The notes beneath the pieces are model-generated. The model saw only the letters and a list, made by a program, of their open reading frames with translations. It searched no databases and had not been told where the DNA came from. Below, in pieces: positions 40,101-53,274 of a DNA stretch of 64,000 nt. Positions within the stretch are counted from its first letter, which is position 1. Every line of letters begins with the position of its first letter. The translations under genes and the position numbers were made by a program. The stretch is taken from positions 62,001 through 126,000 of the forward strand of contig CM120645.1 in the NCBI GenBank assembly GCA_051362555.1, read 5' to 3'. Origin of the DNA: Lingula anatina (Eukaryota > Animalia > Brachiopoda).

Positions 40101-41064
40101 GAAATTGACCTTTGACCTACTTATCACCATGAACTGAACTTTGCAAATTTTGCTTCCCTTTTATCTCCAAAACTGGCAGAGATAGGTCCATAGTTACTAT
40201 TGAACTTGAATAGGAAGTCATATACTGGCAATTTTACTGTGACCTTGAAATTGACCTTTGACCTACTTTTCACCTTGAACTGAACTTTGCAAAATTTGCT
40301 TCCCTTTTATCTCCAAAACTGGCAGAGATAGGTCCATAGTTACTATTGAACTTGCATAGGAAGTCATATACTGGCAATTTTACTGTGTCCTTGAAATTGA
40401 CCTTTGACCTTCTTTTCACCATGAACTGAACTTTGCAAATTTTGCTTCCCTTTTATCTCCAAAACTGGCAGAGATAGGTCCATAGTTACTATTGAAGTTG
40501 AATAGGAAGTCATATACTGGCAATCTAAATGTGACCTTGAAATTGACCTTTGACCTACTTTTCACCATGAACTGAACTTTGCAAATTTTGCTTCCCTTTT
40601 ATCTCCAAAACTGGCAGAGATAGGTCCATAGTTACTATTGAAGTTGAATAGGAAGTCATATACTGGCAATCTTACTGTGACCTTGAAATTGACCTTTGAC
40701 CTACTTTTCACCATGAACTGAACTTTGCAAATTTTGCTTCCCTTTTATCTCCAAAACTGGCAGAGATAGGTCCATAGTTACTATTGAAGTTGGATAGGAA
40801 GTCATATACTGGCAATTTACTGTGACCTTGAAATTGACCTTTGACCTACCTTACAATGAACTTAACTTTGATTGCACCATTTTTAGTTATATATATTTTT
40901 TGCATATTTTGAAAATTCTTGTTGATTGCATTTTTACAGCTTGTCAAGCACAAGACTGGTGGCTGCACCCCTTATTTTGTGTATGTGGGGGTCTATACGA
41001 ATGCGCTTGCTCCAGCTGGTGGTACAATATTCGGAGGCGGTATCGCCTCTCTGATCCTCTAGTT
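37174..41064 (+). mobile_element. HINE-type family B copy 2, with a duplicated 5' ~830 bp and a 146-bp array (~11 units)
   Basis: Same termini as copy 1. The 5' segment occurs twice (37174-38009 and from 38010). Array spans ~39280-40850. Confidence 0.78.
38742..39035. mobile_element. IS3EU-like MITE (TACGG termini, 6-bp TSD) nested in family B copy 2
   Basis: AAAATG|TACGGAAGCCGACTGGTGCCATATG ... CATATGGCACCAGTCGGCTTCCGTA|AAAATG. The empty site AAAATGTGCAG is present in B copy 1 (~29368). Confidence 0.75.
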
Positions 41065-41137
41065 TAATGTGTTTCTGAACCTTAAGGGTGTGTGTGTGTG
41101 TGTGTCTGTGTTTATCTGAAGTGAAGTAAAGGGTCCA

Positions 41138-41177
<40 letters not shown>

Positions 41178-41265
41178 TACTTTTGTATTTTGATCTTGCA
41201 CCCCCGATGAGGACTCTGGGCCTAAGTTAACATGGAGAAAACAGATTTACTTATTTGTTCATTTT

Positions 41266-41267
<2 letters not shown>

Positions 41268-41362
<95 letters not shown>

Positions 41363-41369
41363 TTTTTTT
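41268..41369. repeat. (TA)n microsatellite followed by poly-T
   Basis: Directly visible. Confidence 0.95.
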
Positions 41370-42543
41370 AATTGAAGCCTGTGAAAACTCTACTCATGAA
41401 CCTTAAGTATATGTTACTGGGTAGACATTTTAATGACATGTTGACCATTAGAGGACACCCAATGCCATTAACCTATCAATTAACCTAATATAAAGTATGT
41501 ACTATGTACATGATAAACCTCTTGGTAGGTTACATGATAATCATCTTTATAATGAAGCACAATGAGCCTGGAGACAGAAAGTTGGTGACTGCTTGGGCTC
41601 AGGAGATGGAGAACTTCATTAGCCTGACCTAAAATACTGCCATCACATGAGAGTGCTGGAATTTCTCATTAGCTTTCCATTTAGCTATGAAATTATATAA
41701 TTTTTTCCTAGTTAATTAATTATCTTAGGAGTAATGTTGCAGATTGTAGTGGTAGTGATGATTGGTCTGTGCAGAAAACAGGGCACATGAACTATCCTAG
41801 TAAGCTTTCAACTGAAATTTAATTAATCTAAATGTCTTAACTGTCCCAACCTGAAAAAATCATTTCTTGGTGTTTACGCATATATTAATTGCTTGTAGCT
41901 GGCGGTACATAACAAAGCAATTATATCAATGTCCACTCACTTTTCCTTAGCCACACTATATACGGGAGTCAGCTTTGAGAAAACAGAGGCACTGTGTTTT
42001 CCCCAGGGGTTAAGCATTTTCCTTGATGGTATTCCTGGAAACCTACTGATAACCTTTCCAAGAAATGTAGGCTTAGCAGGCTTTCATTTTCCTTCTTGCA
42101 TCAAGTCTGGAGCTATTTCACCACATGGGCATTAAGGACAACAAACCAATTTCCCACAGCAATGAATTCTAAAACCAGCTAATTAATTCATGCGAAGCGA
42201 AGTGGGCTTTATTGTGTGTGATGAAATATCCAGTTTTGTATTGGGGTGACATTTTATTACATAAATCCATCACATGCACAACCAGATGTTGCACAGAATG
42301 TTATCATGGTGAAGACATTTCTGTCTAAGATGGATGCACTGACATGCAAAGACCATTGTGAAAGTTCACCATCATTCTGATAGACACATGATTTGAACAA
42401 ATCTTTTTATCCAGCATTAAAACTGCAATTTCTTCTAATCAGAAACCTTTGGTTCTGCAGTGGAAAAAGCTGGTCTTTACAAAAATATTTTTAAAAATAC
42501 TAAGTGGCAGCATTTATATCCACATGCAGATATTCATTTCCAT

Positions 42544-42598
<55 letters not shown>

Positions 42599-43451
42599 TT
42601 ATCATATTTATTTTTTGGAGGGGGGGGGGGTAAAATGTGAAAAGAAAATGAAAACAGTAGAGGGTATTAATTTAATTATCTTATTTGGACTTTACTTTGC
42701 GTCATTTTCAAATGGATCAAAAATTTTAATACCATGATTGAAGTTTATTATGCCATCATTTCATCACTGTCCAGGAGCAGCAGCAGAAAAAAATACAAAC
42801 ATTACCATCTCAAAAACCAAAATACAAGCTTTTCAATCTCAGAAACCAAAATACAGACCCTTCAGTCTCAGAAACCAATATACAAATCTTTCATTTTCAG
42901 AATCCAAAATATAAACCTTTAAATCATCGAATCACAAAAATGTGTGTATTTTAGCAAAGGTTAATTAGATTATCTAATCCACAATTAATTCAGCATTAAA
43001 ATATTATTCAACAATTATTAGTTTAAACTTTTCTTCAGCACCTTTTATAATCATGAGCTCATATATAATTAAATAAAAATATTGTATCTTGATTGTTCCC
43101 TTGTCTTAGCAAAAATAAAAATTAAGTGTGAGAAAATAAAGTTTTAATTCACTTTGAGAAAATAATTAGCTAATGGGATTTTTTCCTACAACTGTGATCA
43201 GAAAAAAAAGATGCAAGGTACTTTAGATGCAATCTACACAATGCTAATTGTGAAATGCAGAATGCAATATTTATTTGATTTTAACATGACACATTCAGAG
43301 GTACCAGTACAATGTAACCTCAGGTATTATTAATCCCCTGCTTTCAGGTGTTATTATTATTATCATATAATAATAATATTGTTCAGAACAACAGGCACAT
43401 ACTCTATATATAGGCATCTAAACAAAAAAAGACTTCCCAATGAGATGACAA

Positions 43452-44897
43452 TTATATGAGGCAAGTTTTCTCAGATGTTCCCACAATATCATGATCTGTG
43501 AGGGCAGGTGTTGTGGACATCAGAGCCTGCGTCAGTAGCTGACCAGCATCCAGAATCTGACCAGTGTCTTTGAGAACTGAAGGAGACTGCTTGTATGGAT
43601 CTCTTGTTATGGTCCGCAGGGGATGAACTGGATCTGGATTTAACAAAGTTAAATTCTCATCAGCCTTATCGCTGTGAGTGCAGGCCCCAGAGCTGGTGTT
43701 CAATGGGAAAATAGAAATGTTGTGCTGGGCATTTCTAGTGGTAGGAGAGAAACTGGGGGCTTCAGTCTCCTCAAAGTTCACATTGTCAGTACCACAGGTC
43801 CCCGCCCCACCTGTCCAAGCTGAGCTGGCTATTCCAGCTGAGCTGGCTGTCCCACCTGTCCTGACTGTCCCAGCTGAGCTGGCTGTCCCACCTGTCCTGA
43901 CTGTCCCAGCTGAGCTGGCTGTCCCACCTATCCCAGCTGAACTGGCTGTCCCACCTGCCTTGACTGTTCCAGCTGAGCTGGCTGTCCCACCTATGCTGGC
44001 TGTCCCACCTGTCCCTTCAGCTGGGCTGATGGCCACCACCACACTGGCCTGCTGACCACACTTAAGATATCTTGTTCCATGGTCATTGTCCACACTTTGA
44101 GACAGAGGGAGCTGGTCAGGGATAGAAATGCCAATGTTCTCAATGCCTTCTCTGGAAAATTCAGGTGTGTCTCCCTGAACTAAATCATCTGTGACTCCAC
44201 ATAGGCAGTGACTGTCACCCGAAGTGAGCTCAGATTTATCCGGGTATGGACTATTCAAACTCCTTTGAACAGGGTTACAATTAGCAATGTATGGATTATC
44301 CGTGATCATGAAATCACTCTGCATTCCACTGTAAGAAAACAGTTTACTCTTCCCTTGCTGCATCTCCCTGTGGTCTGCCCTAAGCACGGTCTGGTCGCTC
44401 TCCTCTTCTCCAGACACACGGACGCCAAGTTCTGGCTTTGACTGGACACTAAACATGGACGCTAGGCATGGAGTCCGAAGATTTTCTAAAGATAAATGCC
44501 TCGTGGATTGAGTGGGGGGACACAAGACATCAGTGCCGTAGTTTGTGTGTTTTGTCATGTGTGGCGTTTCCTCGACATTGTCACTTTCAGTTTTCTTATT
44601 GCCACTGCCTCCGTCTAATTCATCCCTGAAGGAGAGGGTGACGCTGAGATTGTCGATTTTTTCAATCTGCAATAATGATCCATCATCGGATAAAGTCATG
44701 GTTATTTTGGTCATCTTCCCGTGGCTGTCTAATGACCTACCTGTACGTGTAGAAAACCCTGACGTCAGCTCGGCCAGCGGCACTTTGGACGGCACCTCTC
44801 CGTTGGTACGCTCCAAGTCTGTTGTTCCAGTGTTATATTCGTAACAGTAAGAATTTTCTTGGCGTTTATAAGCGGCCGCGCTGGGAGCACAGCCCAT
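43452..44897 (-). CDS. Uncharacterised single-exon low-complexity protein (~481 aa) with an N-terminal MGC acylation motif
   Basis: Long stop-free ORF that is not a shadow of another gene. Likely start MGCAPS at 44897 (an in-frame upstream ATG exists at 44939). Internal GGTASSAG(TVRT) repeats; ends EKTCLI*. Minus-strand AATAAA near 43272. No recognisable domain. Confidence 0.6.
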   Translation of the reverse strand: MGCAPSAAAYKRQENSYCYEYNTGTTDLERTNGEVPSKVPLAELTSGFSTRTGRSLDSHGKMTKITMTLSDDGSLLQIEKIDNLSVTLSFRDELDGGSGNKKTESDNVEETPHMTKHTNYGTDVLCPPTQSTRHLSLENLRTPCLASMFSVQSKPELGVRVSGEEESDQTVLRADHREMQQGKSKLFSYSGMQSDFMITDNPYIANCNPVQRSLNSPYPDKSELTSGDSHCLCGVTDDLVQGDTPEFSREGIENIGISIPDQLPLSQSVDNDHGTRYLKCGQQASVVVAISPAEGTGGTASIGGTASSAGTVKAGGTASSAGIGGTASSAGTVRTGGTASSAGTVRTGGTASSAGIASSAWTGGAGTCGTDNVNFEETEAPSFSPTTRNAQHNISIFPLNTSSGACTHSDKADENLTLLNPDPVHPLRTITRDPYKQSPSVLKDTGQILDAGQLLTQALMSTTPALTDHDIVGTSEKTCLI

Positions 44898-44939
44898 GCT
44901 CCACACTGTATATCGATTCTCATATGAACAGACTCTCAT

Positions 44940-45133
44940 TCAGAAGATTCTCTAGTGCTCTTGCCTCTTGGATCAATACCGTTGCCGATGTCACGTTGTT
45001 TACACCGGAAAACGTATAATGCGCATGTCCGGAAATATGATTTGTTTATAAAATATGGCGACAGAGCACCTTGCCGACGACATAGCCAGGGGAAAATTAG
45101 GTTCTTAGTCGGTGTTTGGCGTTGATTTGCGTG
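44940..45133. promoter_or_regulatory. Bidirectional promoter and probable non-coding first exon of the plus-strand CaaX gene
   Basis: CpG-rich patch with an NRF1-like TGCGCATG (45020), ETS CCGGAA motifs and a YY1-like AATATGGCG. Strong donor TG|GTAAGT at 45133. Confidence 0.55.
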
Positions 45134-46079
45134 GTAAGTTGATATAATCTGTGCGGAAGACTCTGGCTGAGTCAGATTTCATGAAGTTAGGCCACGTCGG
45201 TACGCATGTGATTTAGTTGAAAATATTTGACCTACTAACCCTTTAAACTAAAGAGTAATAAAATAGCACTGGAGCAGAAAAAAGTAAATTATTTGTGATA
45301 TTATGATATAACTTTGATAAAAATTATTGTCTAATTTAAATATATAGGATATGTCTGTACATTTCATGAACCAGGTCGGCGGTTGCACCTGGCCCTTTAA
45401 TTCTTACACAATGTATAAATTATTAACCTAGAATTTATTACTAGTTTAGTAAGTATTTGTTTACCGTCTTCTTGTTAATAATAAAACTCGGTCTACACTT
45501 TTAATCACATTTTCTTTTTTATCCTAGTTTCAACATTACAGTTAATATGAAAATATAAATAAAACAGTTTTAACTGCTAGATTCTGTTTTTCTGCAGTGT
45601 ACTGTACTGAGTACTGTACGTCTCAGAAGTTAAAAAAGCCATGCCTTACAATTTTTTCACCTAATCATAAGTTAAACTTATTTCCTTGAAGAATTGAGAT
45701 TTGTACTTCAGACTAATTTGTAACACTAAAACATGAAAGAGAATGTTTGTATACATAAGAAATCAAGTATTATGTATTAGCTCAATTAGTAATAGGATAC
45801 CACTTAACAAGATTGCTATAATCCAAAACAAAGATTTAAATATTAATCACTGCCTGTTACCAAGGCGTGAGCTGACATATAGATGGGGAACTGAGAACAG
45901 AAAACATGCAAGTCATATAAGATCAAATAAAAGAAATCACATGCTAATTTTGTACAGTTTGTCAAAGATGGAACCATTGGAGCTCACATAGCAACAGTTG
46001 ATTATAGACCCAGTGATGTGAAGGTTTATATCTGTAGTAACATCAAGTATGAGAGCATTTGCTGCTTGCATCTGAGAGG

Positions 46080-46202
46080 ATGTCTTCTGGCCAGAAAATG
46101 TAAGGCTGAATTCATGAGTGAAAGAGAGAGAGAGAGTGGGTATGAGGGAGAGATCAGTGTGTGTGTGTGTGTGAGTGTGTGTGTGTGTGTGTGTTTGTTT
46201 GA

Positions 46203-46234
<32 letters not shown>

Positions 46235-49200
46235 GTGTATGTGAGGGAGGGGAGAGAGAGATAGGGAAATGAGATGGTTTTGTCATCAGTGCTGTTACTC
46301 CAGTGTATGTGAGGGAGGGGAGAGAGAGATAGGGAAATGAGATGGTTTTGTCATCAGTGCTGTTACATCATGCAAAAGATATCAAAGAATGTAACTGGAG
46401 AGGGTCAGAAAAAACAATGCTTTGAGTTTCTGTTTTACTTTGAATATAACACTAAGACTGGTATTGTCTCCTTCAGGGATAACAGCCAAGACAGCCAGGC
46501 AGGATCGCAGGGGGCCACTGTATTATCAAAGGTGAGCACAGCACTGACAAGTGATACATCCAGATCAATTTAATTCTTAAGGCAATTGGAACATGACTGG
46601 TGTTCTTCAGTAGTCTTTTATCCTCTTTCTTATCAAATAAATAAATAAATGAATAGAAAAATTATGTTTGAAAAATAATAAAACTTAATATATAGTAACT
46701 TAAATCTTTTCTTTATCTTTATAAGTTTATACTGAATTTTTGACACACGACAGATAAATCCTTAAAGACAAAAGCTTAAATGTGAAGAAAATCTGATTTT
46801 GCTTTTTCTAAATTGAATATTTTTACCAATGGTTCATTTCAAATTTTGATGTTATTGACCTTTTCTTCAACTGTTTTAATCATATTTTTACCAGTTGTTC
46901 AACTTGATGAAAATCATAAGACTGTCTTTTCCAAATCTCCCTGTTTGTATTATTGATGGTGTATTGAGGTTAAAGTGTGCATGTATAGGTTTTATATATC
47001 TATGAGTATTTAAGCATTGATTTTAACGTTAGGTGTCTGATACTACTGGTATTGAAGGTGGTCATATATTTCCAGGCCCAGTCAGCAGATACAAGTAGCG
47101 TAGACAGACCTGTGTCCAATAAGAAAACAAACAGGCCTTCAACACCAATAGAAAACAGACCATCTTCCAGACCAAGCTCCAGGACTAGCCAGGGTAAAAC
47201 CTCCAGGCCCAGTTCTAGCAAGTCCCAGAAGGAGCCAAGCTGTTCCAGGCCCAGTTCAGCTTCAGCTAAAGTACCAAGCAGTTCCAGACCCAGTTCAGCT
47301 TCTGCTAAAGAACCGAGCAGTTCCAGACCCAGTTCAGCTTCTGCCAAAGAACCAAGCAGTTCCAGACCTACTTCAGCTTCAGCTAAAGTACCAAGCAGTT
47401 CCAGACCTACTCCAGCTTCAGCTAAAGAACCAAGCAGTTCCAGACCTACTTCAGCTTCAGCTAAAGAACCAAGCAGTTCCAGACCCAGTTCAGCTTCTGC
47501 TAAAGAACCAAGCAGTTCCAGACCTACTTCAGCTTCAGCTAAAAAACCAAGCAGTTCCAGACCCAGTTCAGCTTCTGCTAAAGAACCAAGCAGTTCCAGA
47601 CCTACTTCAGCTTCAGCTAAAGAATCGAGCAGTTCCAGACCCAGTTCAGCTTCAGCTAAAGAATCGAGCAGTTCCAGACCCAGTTCAGCTTCAGCTAAAG
47701 AACCAAGCAGTTCCAGACCCAGTTCAGCTTCAGCTAAAGAATCGAGCAGTTCCAGACCCAGTTCAGCTTCAGCTAAAGAACCAAGCAGTTCCAGACCCAG
47801 TTCAGCTTCAGCTAAAGAATTGAGCAGTTCCAGACCTACTTCAGCTTCAGCTAAAGAACCAAGCAGTTCCAGACCCAGTTCAGCTTCAGCTAAAGAACCA
47901 AGTAGTTCCAGAGCCAGTTCAGCTTCAGCTAAAGAACCAAGCAGTTCCAGACCTACTTCAGCTTCAGCTAAAGAACCGAACAGTTCCAGACCCAGTTCAG
48001 CTTCTGCTAAAGAACCAAGCAGTTCCAGACCCAGTTCAGCTTCAGCTAAAGAACCAAGCAGTTCCAGACCCAGTTCAGCTTCAGCTAAAGAACCAAGCAG
48101 TTCCAGACCTACTTCAGCTTCAGCTAAAGAACCAAGCAGTTCCAGACCCAGTTCAGCTTCAGCTAAAGAACCAAGCAGTTCCAGACCTACTTCAGCTAAA
48201 GAACCGAGCAGTTCCAGGCCCAGTTCAGCTTCTGCTAAAGAACCAAGCAGTTCTAGACCTACTTCAGCTTCAGCTAAAGAACCAAGCAGTTCCAGACCTA
48301 CTTCAGCTTCAGCTAAAGAATCGAGCAGTTCCAGACCCAGTTCAGCTTCTGCTAAAGAACCAAGCAGTTCCAGACCCAGTTCAGCATCTGCTAAAGAACC
48401 AAGCTGTTCCAGACCCAGTTCAGCTTCAGTTAAAGAACCAAGCAGTTCCAGGCCCAGTTCAGCTTCAACTAAAGAACCAAGCATTTCCAGACCCAGTGTA
48501 GCATCTGCTAAACAGCTGAGCAGACCTAGCTCTTCCAATTCCACCAAAAAATCCAGTAGTCCAGAAGAAGAAATTGTTTCAGAGGTAGTCCCTCCTGTAG
48601 GGCCAGCTGGATCCCGACCAAGCTCAGGCAATCAAGCACAAAACCCAATTGTTTCCGATTCCTCAAGACCCAGCAGCGCCAAGGAGAAGAAGACTTCAAG
48701 ACCAAATTCTGTTATTGCAACTTACTCTACACCCAGTTCTGGGGTGATATTTATCAAAGGAGAAGAGCACACTGATGAAACAATGAGTGCTGAGCAGGAG
48801 GAGGTTGCCCCTGTAGAAAGTCATCCAGGAGAAGAACAGAAGCAGGAAAGTGATGTATTAGCAGACAAACCAACTGAAGACAAACCAGCTGAAGCTAGCG
48901 ATGCAGAGAAGCAAGGGAATGATGAGCACCATCATTCTCATAATGAGGCCAAAGTTCAGAAACCGGAGGAGCAGAAACCAAGTGAGGTCACACCCACAGA
49001 GAGTGGGGAAGTAAAAGATGAAGAGAAACCAGTGGAAGAGAATAACACACAAGAGGTAGATGAATCTGCAGAGGAAAAAACAAATCAAGAAGGTAAGTCT
49101 GCAGAGGCTACCCCAGCAGAAACAGAAGAAAGCAACCCAGCAGAGAAGCCAACAGCCAATGAAAGCAAGCCAGCAGAGACAGAAGAAAGCAAGCCACCAG

Positions 49201-51002
49201 AGACAGAAGAAAGCAAGCCAGCTGAGGCAGAAGGCAAACCAACTACAGATGAAAGCAAGTCAGCAGAGACAGAAGAAAGCAAGCCAACAGAGATAGAAGA
49301 AAGCAAGCCAGCTGAGGCAGAAGAAAGTCAGCCAGCAGGAAGCGAAGAAGTCAGATCTTCAGATGAAAAGACAGAAGTAACAGAGGAAGTAAAAACTGAA
49401 GAAAAAACAGCAGAGAATGAGGAAATTAAACCTGTAGAACTATCAGCAGAGCCAGAGACCAAAGCAGAGGAAAAGTTAACAGACTCAGAAGACACAAAAC
49501 CTGTCGAGGAAATGCCTGCAGGCTCTGAGGGAGCAAAACCTGACACAGAGAAGTCAAAAGATACTGAGGAGGCTAAGGTTGCTGATGCTGTACCCGAGGA
49601 AGGTCAGCCCACAGAGGTGGTGGAGTCTAAACCAATGGAAGAAAAGGCAGCAGATTCAGAAGAAACCAGACCAGCAGAAACAGCAGGTGCTCAAGCTACA
49701 TCAGAAGGTTCTAAGCCACCTAAACCTGCAGACAGTGAAACACCCAAAACAGAAGATGTGAAGCAAACAGAAAGTGAGGAAAATAAGGCTGAGGAAGTCA
49801 AGCCTGTTGAGGAGAAGCCAGTTGAAGGTGGTGAGGAGAGCAAAGAGACAGAGGTCAGTCAGGGTTCTATGCAAACAGAACTCACACAGGCAGAAGAGAA
49901 GCCACCAGAGGAGGCTGATAATTCAAAACCAGCCACAGTCACAGAAGAAAAGGCAGTGGAAAGTGCTGAAGATACCAAGCCATCAGAGGGACCTTGTAAA
50001 GAGGACAAACCAGCAGAGACATCTGAATCTGTGGAGGCTCCCAGGGAGGACATCAAATCCACAGAAGTAACTGCCACAGAAAGTGAAGATAGTAAGACAG
50101 ACAAGGCAGAAGAGGAATCCTCTGATAAACCAGCAGAGGAGAATAAGACTCCAGGAGACAGTGTAGATGGGGCTGCTTTCGGAGTTCAGGTCCAAGCTGA
50201 AACTAACCCAGACCAACAAGTAGAGGCAGAGAATCAGAACCGTGAACGGTCTAAAGAGACAGCCACAGTACTATCTGCACAAACAACAGAAAACAATGTT
50301 ACATCTGAGAAAGAGGAAGACAGTAAATCAACAGAGGACATGAAGGAAAAAGAAAAGAAAGAAGAGCCCACAGTGGAGGAGCTAGCACAGTCCACCCTGA
50401 GTGAACAGGAGGCAGAGAAGATTGCATTCCAGAAATTAATAGAAGAAAATACCAAGTACAAGAATGCTATTGAACACCTTCACAAACAGAAGGATGAAGA
50501 GGTTGAAGAACTTAAAAATAAGCAGGATGGCCTCCTAAGAGACTTGGACCAAGAAAGAGAGAAGAACAGACGCATCAATGACCAGTTGAAGGAGATGGAA
50601 GTGCAGTTAAAACATCTTCAGGAGAAGCGTCCTGGCAGCAGCCTTTCTCTGACCAGTACTGAGCGCAGAGAGGGACTGGAGTACAAGGCTGTGCTGAAAT
50701 ATCAGGCTGAGGAGAGCAGGAGAGAGAAAGAAGGCTCAGAACAGAAGATTAAAGATCTCCAGTTACGTGTCAAGAGACTTACAGCTGATGGTGAAGGGAA
50801 AGATCTGAGAATAAAGACATTAGAAAAAGAGCTCAAAGATGTCACAGATATGATTGCAGAAGTGGAAGAGTTTGTGGACAAGGAGAAGATGGCTTCTCTC
50901 AAAACCAAGTCTCACGTTTCCAATGGCTCATATAGAAGGGAGGATCAGGCAAATGTGGTTGGTGGCGCTGGTCAGAAGTCCAAAACTTGCACTATTTTGT
51001 GA
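46080..51002 (+). CDS. Uncharacterised ~1333-aa protein: Ser-rich 13-aa repeats, Glu-rich disordered middle, C-terminal coiled coil and CaaX box (CTIL)
   Basis: Exons 46080-46099 (MSSGQKM), 46477-46531 and 47076-51002 join in phase. The 3.9-kb last exon is stop-free and ends KSKTCTIL*. The two small 5' exons are less certain. Confidence 0.8.
47225..48525 (+). repeat. Coding 39-bp minisatellite (~33 copies) encoding SSSRP(S/T)SASAKEP
   Basis: Unit AGCAGTTCCAGACCCAGTTCAGCTTCAGCTAAAGAACCA, frame-preserving throughout. Confidence 0.95.
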
Positions 51003-53274
51003 TCTATGTTCAGGCAGTGAGCATTATGATGTGTGCTGATACTTGACTACAGTTCTCTTTATGAAAAATTGACCATAAGGTGATTATGCAAAATAAGACA
51101 AAACTTTTATACAGACTAGATACTAATCAGGGAGTTATATATAACAATCAAGACTTTTTTGGTGTCTTGATTTTCTTTAGAGATGGTGTTGTTCATAAAT
51201 TTGTACTTTTACCTTTTAATTAATGTAGCCACTTTCTACTGTACTAGAACATTTTTATTTGATGAAATACCAGAACCAACTTTTACCCAATGTAGGGTTT
51301 AATTTCATCACGATTTTGGCATCCACAGATCTAGAGTAAATAATTGTTTTTACAGTATCAATATCTACTTCTTAACTTCTTCAAGTCAAGCACCTTAATG
51401 AGAGATAGAAAGACCTTAAAGAGCAGTAAATTATTGTTTTAAGAATATATTATATTCACAAGAATACTACTTAAATTAGGTTATACAGTTAAAGTAACAA
51501 CTTTAATTGTAACTAAAATATGATACGAATGTTTAAGATTATTTAAAAGTTAAATCTGTAACATATTAAATCAATTCCACCTGTTTAAGTAGTGTGGGGA
51601 CAGTCAATCAGATTTGCTCAAATTATTTTCATAAAATTTATACTGTGATATTATATAAGACAAAAAATAACTATTTACATACAGAATGGTCTGTTTTAGA
51701 TTGTATCACACTTTGAGTTTACTAAGTGCATCTTTCTTTTTGAACAAATGAACTTAGCATATATTTCCACAAGTTTGAAATGCTGTAACTTTTGTTGGTA
51801 TTTTCAGTGTCACTGCAGTTAAAGATTGTTTTGGTTGGTGCTTGCTTTGGTGCAGTGAGAAAAATATGGCACTATTTTCAGCACTAGTGGTTTGACTATA
51901 CTAAGGTTAAAAGTACATGAAAATTTTTCAAAATTTGATAAGTACTGGTATATTTGATTGTCAAACTCAAACCCTACAAGGGCTACAAAACATGCAGCAA
52001 AAAAAAAAAAAAAAACTCTGTCACTTTCAGAAAAATAGGAACAAAAACTGTTGTGATAGGCCATTGTCATAAGGCCCCTCTCCTTTGCCCTCCTGCAGGG
52101 TCTCCAGTGTCACTTACAATGTGCCCGCTCCGTCAGGTGGGGTCCCTCAGGTGGGGTCCACCAGTAACTAGGGCCATTAGCATTCATCAGGTTTGAATCC
52201 TGCGTCAAGGTTGAATGGCTGGCCACAGGTAGAATTCCAATGTACATTTAATTCCTGATAATTCTTAGCAGTTCTTTGTTTTCAAATTTCACATTCACCT
52301 AGGTTATGGATACATGTAGAGCTTTAAATCCATTAATTATTTGGGTAATATTGATGAACAGATGGTATTTATAATTATGTACAATCCAAATCATATGTAA
52401 TTAATTTGTAAATTGTTAAACTTACTAAAATCACTATCACATCGTGAGTAGCAAACCAAAAACTTGTATCATAAAATATTTTGTTATTGATGTGTATAAT
52501 TAGTCATTTTTCAATATTGTGAAATCCTCACTATATTTTAACCAGACTGTGATAATTTTTGCACTGAGCACAGATTTAATGCCATACATCAATATGTGTA
52601 AAGAAAATACCAAAATGTGCCTCCACACACTATGCAAGTCTGTCAATAGAAATGTCTGTTTAACATCATATCCCAATGCTAATTAGATTAAAACCTTCAC
52701 TGTGTAATTATAACATTAAAATTAGTTGGAGCACACAAAGTTGTTTGCCTTTTTACTTTACATACCAGTCTTGGTAATTGGTGTGTGTATGTAGAAGGTT
52801 TATGGAATGACATGGGCGTCTGAAAGCAAGGTTATCTAAATGTTGAATTGAAAACTGATACAGCCAATTTAGCAGCCACTAAAAATTCATTGAATTTTCT
52901 TCACAACGAAATCTTTTCAAAAGTGCTGGCAAGTATCAGCCTGTCAAAGTGAATTAATGGAGTCTGTTATGTAGACTAATATGTGGCATATTCACAGAGA
53001 TGAGACTGTCGTTTAGTGAAAAAGTTGGAAGGGCACCCAGGCCAATGATATTTTTGACTCCCAAAAAAGTCAGAAATCCACTGATAGTCTGAAAAATCTC
53101 ATCCCTGTATTCAGCGCCAGCAGTCTTTGGCATCAGAAATAAGTTATTGAAAACAACCATGATTATTATACAATATGAGCTTATCTCCATGGGGGTGACA
53201 GGATTAAAAAAAGCAATTAAAGGACTGTGGAAAGTGTCCAGTATCTTTATAACCATAACTTGAGTTGTCACATG

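Noticed and set aside
13608-41064. Autonomous transposase or Rep/Helicase genes within the elements
   Set aside because: Only short ORFs without DDE, Rep or helicase motifs; all elements appear non-autonomous.
47000-48631. 543-aa antisense ORF (LELLGSLAEAE repeats)
   Set aside because: Shadow of the 39-bp coding repeat on the plus strand; no independent evidence.
52070-52235. GC-richer patch with a B-box-like GGTTTGAATCC (tRNA or SINE?)
   Set aside because: No A box, cloverleaf or second copy could be identified.
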